This document shows positions 33,531 to 38,202 of a stretch of 38,202 nucleotides of DNA, piece after piece. Made by a program: the position numbers and the translations under genes. The stretch comes from Octopus sinensis (Eukaryota), in assembly GCF_006345805.1 (NCBI RefSeq), contig NW_021832119.1:1-38202 (forward strand), read 5' to 3'. The notes beneath the pieces are model-generated. The model worked only from the letters and a program-made list of their open reading frames with translations, searched no databases and was not told where the DNA came from. Each line of letters opens with the position of its first letter. Within the stretch, counting starts at the first letter, position 1.

Positions 33531-33570
<40 letters not shown>

Positions 33571-33782
33571 CGACAAGTTGGCAGAATCGTTAGCACGCCG
33601 GACAAAATACTTAGCAGCATTTCGTCCGCCCTTATGTTCTAAGTTCAAATTCCGCCGAGATCGACTTTGCCTTTCATCATTCCGGGGTCGATAAATAAAG
33701 TACCAGTGTTTCACTTGCGTCAATGTAATCGATTAGTCGCCTCCCCGCAAATTTCAGGACTTATGCCTTCGCTAGAAAGGAT
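32888..33782 (+). mobile_element. Array of three SINE family A copies separated by (ATT/GTT/ATC)n tracts
   Basis: Copies at ~32888-33098, 33233-33447 and 33570-33782. Confidence 0.9.
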
Positions 33783-33859
33783 TATTATTATTAATATAAT
33801 TATTATTATTATTATTATTATTTTATTATTATTATTATTATTTTATTATTATTACTTTT

Positions 33860-33945
33860 TTTTTCTTCTTTCAAATTTGCTTCCATTTCTTGCCGAGTGT
33901 CTTCCCGACTCCTAGGGCAAAGAAACTCATAGTATACATTGGTAG
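33860..33945 (-). mobile_element. Probable extreme 3' end of a Dong-like LINE with TAA tail
   Basis: CCCTAGGAGTCGGGAAGACACTCGGCAAGAAATGG.. followed by (TAA)n; assignment by context. Confidence 0.4.
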
Positions 33946-34003
33946 GCCATTAAACCAAACTCAATAGTTCGGATTTTTTTTGTTTTTTTTTAAGTTATTA
34001 TTA

Positions 34004-34050
<47 letters not shown>

Positions 34051-34541
34051 TTTATGCTGACTGCACATTTGTAGGTTAATTATGTGTATTTGTCTAAAAT
34101 GGTTATCTATTCACCGAAAATGCACAAGAACAAATTAAAAATTACTCTTTGTTCATTTTAAACTTTACAATATTTATGTAAAATAAATGGGAAGAATGAA
34201 CCACCTTTCTTTCTGTTTCCATTTCACTATGCGCGCGCACACAAATACACACATATGGTTGCGCGCGCAAACGCGCGCACGCAGATGTAGTGTTATGCAT
34301 TTATAAGAATTTAAAAGTTTTGCTTAAAACATTGTTTTATTTAAATTGTCGAAAAAGGTTGCTTATGCAGAGAACAAGTAATGTTCCCAAAACAAAAACA
34401 GTATGGCCAGAATTTTATTGCATTAGAACGCATCCTGTTAATGTCATTCTGTCTCGCTCTTTCCGTATGTTTGCGTGTGTGTGTGTGTATGTGTGTGTGC
34501 ACATACACACAGGTACACACACATGCCTACATGCCAACATC

Positions 34542-34625
<84 letters not shown>

Positions 34626-34629
<4 letters not shown>

Positions 34630-35183
34630 GTTGTCCGGAAAGTTCGTGTCGATTTATAGTAGCTTACGTTTCGACTTATTTTAGAATATGGTTGAGTTCA
34701 TTAAATAGGATTTGACTACACCTCCATTTAGAGCACAGTTTAAGCTATCTTTTCGTGGAAGAAGGTTTATGTTTCTATAACCTGTGTTAATTCTGTGACC
34801 CTTTAAAATGGAAGATAAGAAAGTTCATTTTCGGCACTTAATGCTTTGGGAACCAGACAAAAATCACTGCAGCTCGGCTAGGTTGTGTTACCCTACTCTC
34901 CATATTCCCCAGATATTGCACCTTCGAATTTCCATTTATTCAGGTCTCTGCAGAATAGTTTTAATGGTAAAAATTTCAATTCCTTGAAGAAAGATACCTT
35001 GATGAATTCTTTGCCATGAAACCACCTCAATTCTGGGAAGAGGCTATTTTCAAGTTAAAGGAAAGATGAAGATGCATTGCGCAACAAAATGGTTCATATT
35101 TGTTGATTAAAAATGTAATGGCAAGTATTTTATTGACCTTTTTCTTTCCTTTCAAATCGGCATGAACTTTCCGGACAACCCTA
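34626..35183 (+). mobile_element. Mariner internal-deletion derivative (558 bp)
   Basis: 30-bp TIRs TTGGGTTGTCCGGAAAGTTCGTGTCGATTT (3 mismatches); TA flanks; ATG at 34808 MEDKKVHFRHLMLWE fused out of frame to ..LG*VVLPYSPYSPDIAPSNFHLFRSLQN.. Confidence 0.92.
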
Positions 35184-35744
35184 TAGATATATATTATATA
35201 TATATTATATATATCTATATATATATATATAATATATATATATAGATATATATATATATATAGAATACATGTATATATATATATTAAAATGTGTGTGTAT
35301 ATTTACATTACAAAAATATGTGAGTGCATTATTTCTATTATGTACATATGTATACCCACATATATACATATGTAAAGATATATATATACGAATATCTAAA
35401 TTTATATATGTATGTGTGTGCGTGAGTGTGTGTGTATTTTTGTGTATATGCATGTTTGTATGTCATTACTGTATTTGGCGTTCGAGATTCTTGATGAGAA
35501 CTCGTTTGTTAAAGCATTTTGTTGTTTCTTTAAAGTGTTATTATGCCAATAACAAATACACACCTGTTCCATTTCAATTCTTTATTATCACTCAATTGGT
35601 TAGTTATTGAACGAAACAACTTATTGATCACTTGCTTAATTAGTCACTTAGACCACCAATCAGTTGTCTGTCAATGTCCTTACGTCACCATACACAACCT
35701 CACCAATGACATAGCTATCTCGTCCATGTGTGTTACATACATAC

Positions 35745-35898
35745 TTACATACATACGTGCATACATACGTGCATACATACGTACGTACGTACGTACATAC
35801 ATACATACATACATACATACATACATACATACATAAATACATACATACATACATACCATACATACATACCACATACATAATACATACATACATACATT
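35745..35898. repeat. (TACA/TACG)n microsatellite = tail of adjacent RTE end
   Basis: Direct reading. Confidence 0.9.
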
Positions 35899-36110
35899 AT
35901 GGCTGCCCCCTCGTTATCGAGTTATGGCCATTGCACGAAGCTTAACTGTTGCTGGTGCTGTGATCGAATGTGACTTTTTAGCCCAGCTAAAGATCTACAA
36001 TGTCTTGTCCAAAATTGGCAACTAAAACTTTTACTGGTAATAGCCGGCTGTAGTTGTAACTGGGCTTCATGTACCTTTGCATGTCGTTTAAGTCCTCCTG
36101 CCGACATACA
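35899..36110 (-). mobile_element. 3' end of an RTE-type LINE with C2H2-like remnants
   Basis: SAGGLKRHAKVH..FSCQFWTRHCRSLAGLKSHIRSQH; terminal GGCCATAACTCGATAACGAGGGGGCAGCCAT then (TGTA)n. Confidence 0.75.
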
Positions 36111-36443
36111 TACATACAAATGGAACCACAAGGAAACGATACGTTCTGCTGTAGAAATCAGCTGCCCTCTAGTCACCAAAGTTGTTTTTTTTTAAATAAA
36201 AGAGGACATCTACACACCATTCAGGAGTTTTCAAATCCAGTACCCAAGATACACATTATCATTGGAGTAACAGGATATGTACCAACCCATCTGGAGTAAA
36301 GTATGCTGAACTTGGGTTCTTGGGGAGAGAATCTAAATCTTTAACTGATACACTACAAAGGATGACGATATCTGAGACTATAAAACCCTGCAAGACTTTC
36401 TTAAGTTTTAAATATTCATAAACAACACATAATGCTTTCTTAC

Positions 36444-36486
36444 ACAACCTTGTTGGTACCAAGCAGGTGGGCGATCAAACTTTATT
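36444..36486 (-). CDS. Candidate 43-nt internal exon (IKFDRPPAWYQQGC)
   Basis: Acceptor ctctctttttaatttag| and donor TGT|gtaaga; open frame, phases 2/0. Confidence 0.35.
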
Positions 36487-36554
36487 CTAAATTAAAAAGA
36501 GAGCATACATACTCATGTGTACAATTCTGTGCATATACATGACACATATGCGTA

Positions 36555-36588
36555 TACATACATGCATGCATACACACACACACACACA

Positions 36589-36654
<66 letters not shown>

Positions 36655-36725
36655 TACATACATACATACATACATACATACATACATACATACATACATA
36701 CATACATACATACATACACACATAC
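36555..36725. repeat. (CA)n(CGCA)n(TACA)n microsatellite
   Basis: Direct reading; another (TACA)n at 37030-37210. Confidence 0.95.
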
Positions 36726-36864
36726 AAAGCAAATATAGTTTGTTGTTGATGTTGAAATTCCAATGATGGAGCCTTGAATCTAGGTTAGAAATTGATTCTT
36801 TACCTATTGGCCAGAAATCTTGAAATAAAATTTGAACAATAATATACATACATATAGTTCAAAT

Positions 36865-37010
36865 TTACAGAAAACAAAAGACGAAAACAAGTGATGGAAC
36901 AACAAACAGGCGTAATAGTTTGACGCTCGGGAGGAATGGAAAAGTCTTTGCCGTTTCGAGCCTACGCTCTTCGACTGAAAAGGTTGGCTGGAAAAAATGG
37001 AGAGAGAACG
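36865..37010 (-). mobile_element. Penelope-like terminal relic with degenerate hammerhead-like hairpin
   Basis: GTCGAAGAGC-GTAG-GCTC-GAAACGG; downstream sequence resembles 11760-11815. Confidence 0.35.
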
Positions 37011-37183
37011 AAAAAAATCGGAAATAGAAAAAGTGTCTAGGAATTACAAACATGCATACATACATACATACATACATACATACATACATACATACATACA
37101 TACATACATACATGCATGCATGCATGCAATGATACATCATACATACATACATACATACATACATACATACATACATACATACA

Positions 37184-37214
<31 letters not shown>

Positions 37215-38157
37215 CAATATAGATGTACATATATATTATGATTGCTTCATCTTGTCAGATGATAACCATCTCATATTCAACCTAATTGTTCTGATTTACT
37301 TTCATCCTGGCATGTGTACAGATACGATCTTTCACACCGTACATTCATCGCCATAACACAATAAGATTCAAAAAGGATCAAGAAATGAAATAATACTAAG
37401 GCATTTGTACGTCATTGGAATTTAAGTGACAAATGCTTGTACAAAACTTTTGTCAATCTTGGTAGGTCCCAGTGATGACCATTACAAGATGACTGGAATT
37501 ATTTTCACAGCAAGCCTTGAGTCAGAGTATCCTACTCCTTAAAGAGATAGACTCCCTAAGGCTTTATTGAAAATAAAGGGATTCTCCTCTACACCCTGGG
37601 TAAGCTATTAATCCATATGTAGGATCTGGACAGCTACTACTCGTCTAGTTCAGAACAGAGCGGGAAGTAAATGGTAACTAAGGAGTGAATTCAAGCTCCC
37701 TACAACTCCGGTACTCCCGATTTGGAGCCTCATTACAGCAGCAGATTGTCATACCCAACACGTTTAAATACTCACACAAACACACACACTCACACACACA
37801 GAGAAATATAACTGTCTGTAACATGTACCATGGTTTCACTACTTCTTTCAAATACCTGTGTTGTTGCGAAAAAACTCTCTTGGACCTGCCAGAGAAATGT
37901 CCACAAGTGTGAATAGTTGGAGGGAGATTAATAAGTCTTGTATGGGACGAGTTTCAGCGACAGAGACTGAAGCAAAGTTGAAGTACGTTCATCCGAGATA
38001 AAACGCGAGGAAGGCCCGAACCAACAACCGAAAGCACTACTTACGACTGTATATACATATGCATGTTGTGGGTTCGATGTACAGATATACGTAACATACA
38101 CACACACACATACTCGAAGCATACATACATATTCTCATACACACACACATATACGTA

Positions 38158-38194
<37 letters not shown>

Positions 38195-38202
38195 GTTAAT
38201 CC

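Overview
AT-rich, repeat-saturated eukaryotic DNA, most likely intronic or intergenic sequence from a coleoid cephalopod. The SINE and microsatellite repertoire looks like Octopus; this is recognition, not a database result. The window is dominated by microsatellites, four or more tRNA-derived SINE families and decayed non-LTR retrotransposon pieces (R4/Dong RLE-type, RTE-type, CR1/L2-like). It also holds non-autonomous DNA transposons (mariner deletion derivative, Tigger/pogo-like MITE, hAT MITE, Helitron, two fold-back elements) and several Penelope-like relics with degenerate minimal hammerhead-ribozyme motifs. There are no intact long ORFs, true tRNA/rRNA genes or CRISPR arrays, and almost all ORF-track entries are microsatellite artefacts. 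A few unique islands carry good minus-strand splice signals and may be exons of one unidentified host gene; one has an in-frame TGA. Best leads: hammerhead-like motifs (7556-7603, 22499-22572, possibly 12476-12615), a SINE/LINE shared 3' stem-loop with compensatory changes, concatemeric SINE insertions, a TAA-targeted Dong stack and a fold-back element with ~95-bp TIRs. Coordinates of decayed repeats are approximate.
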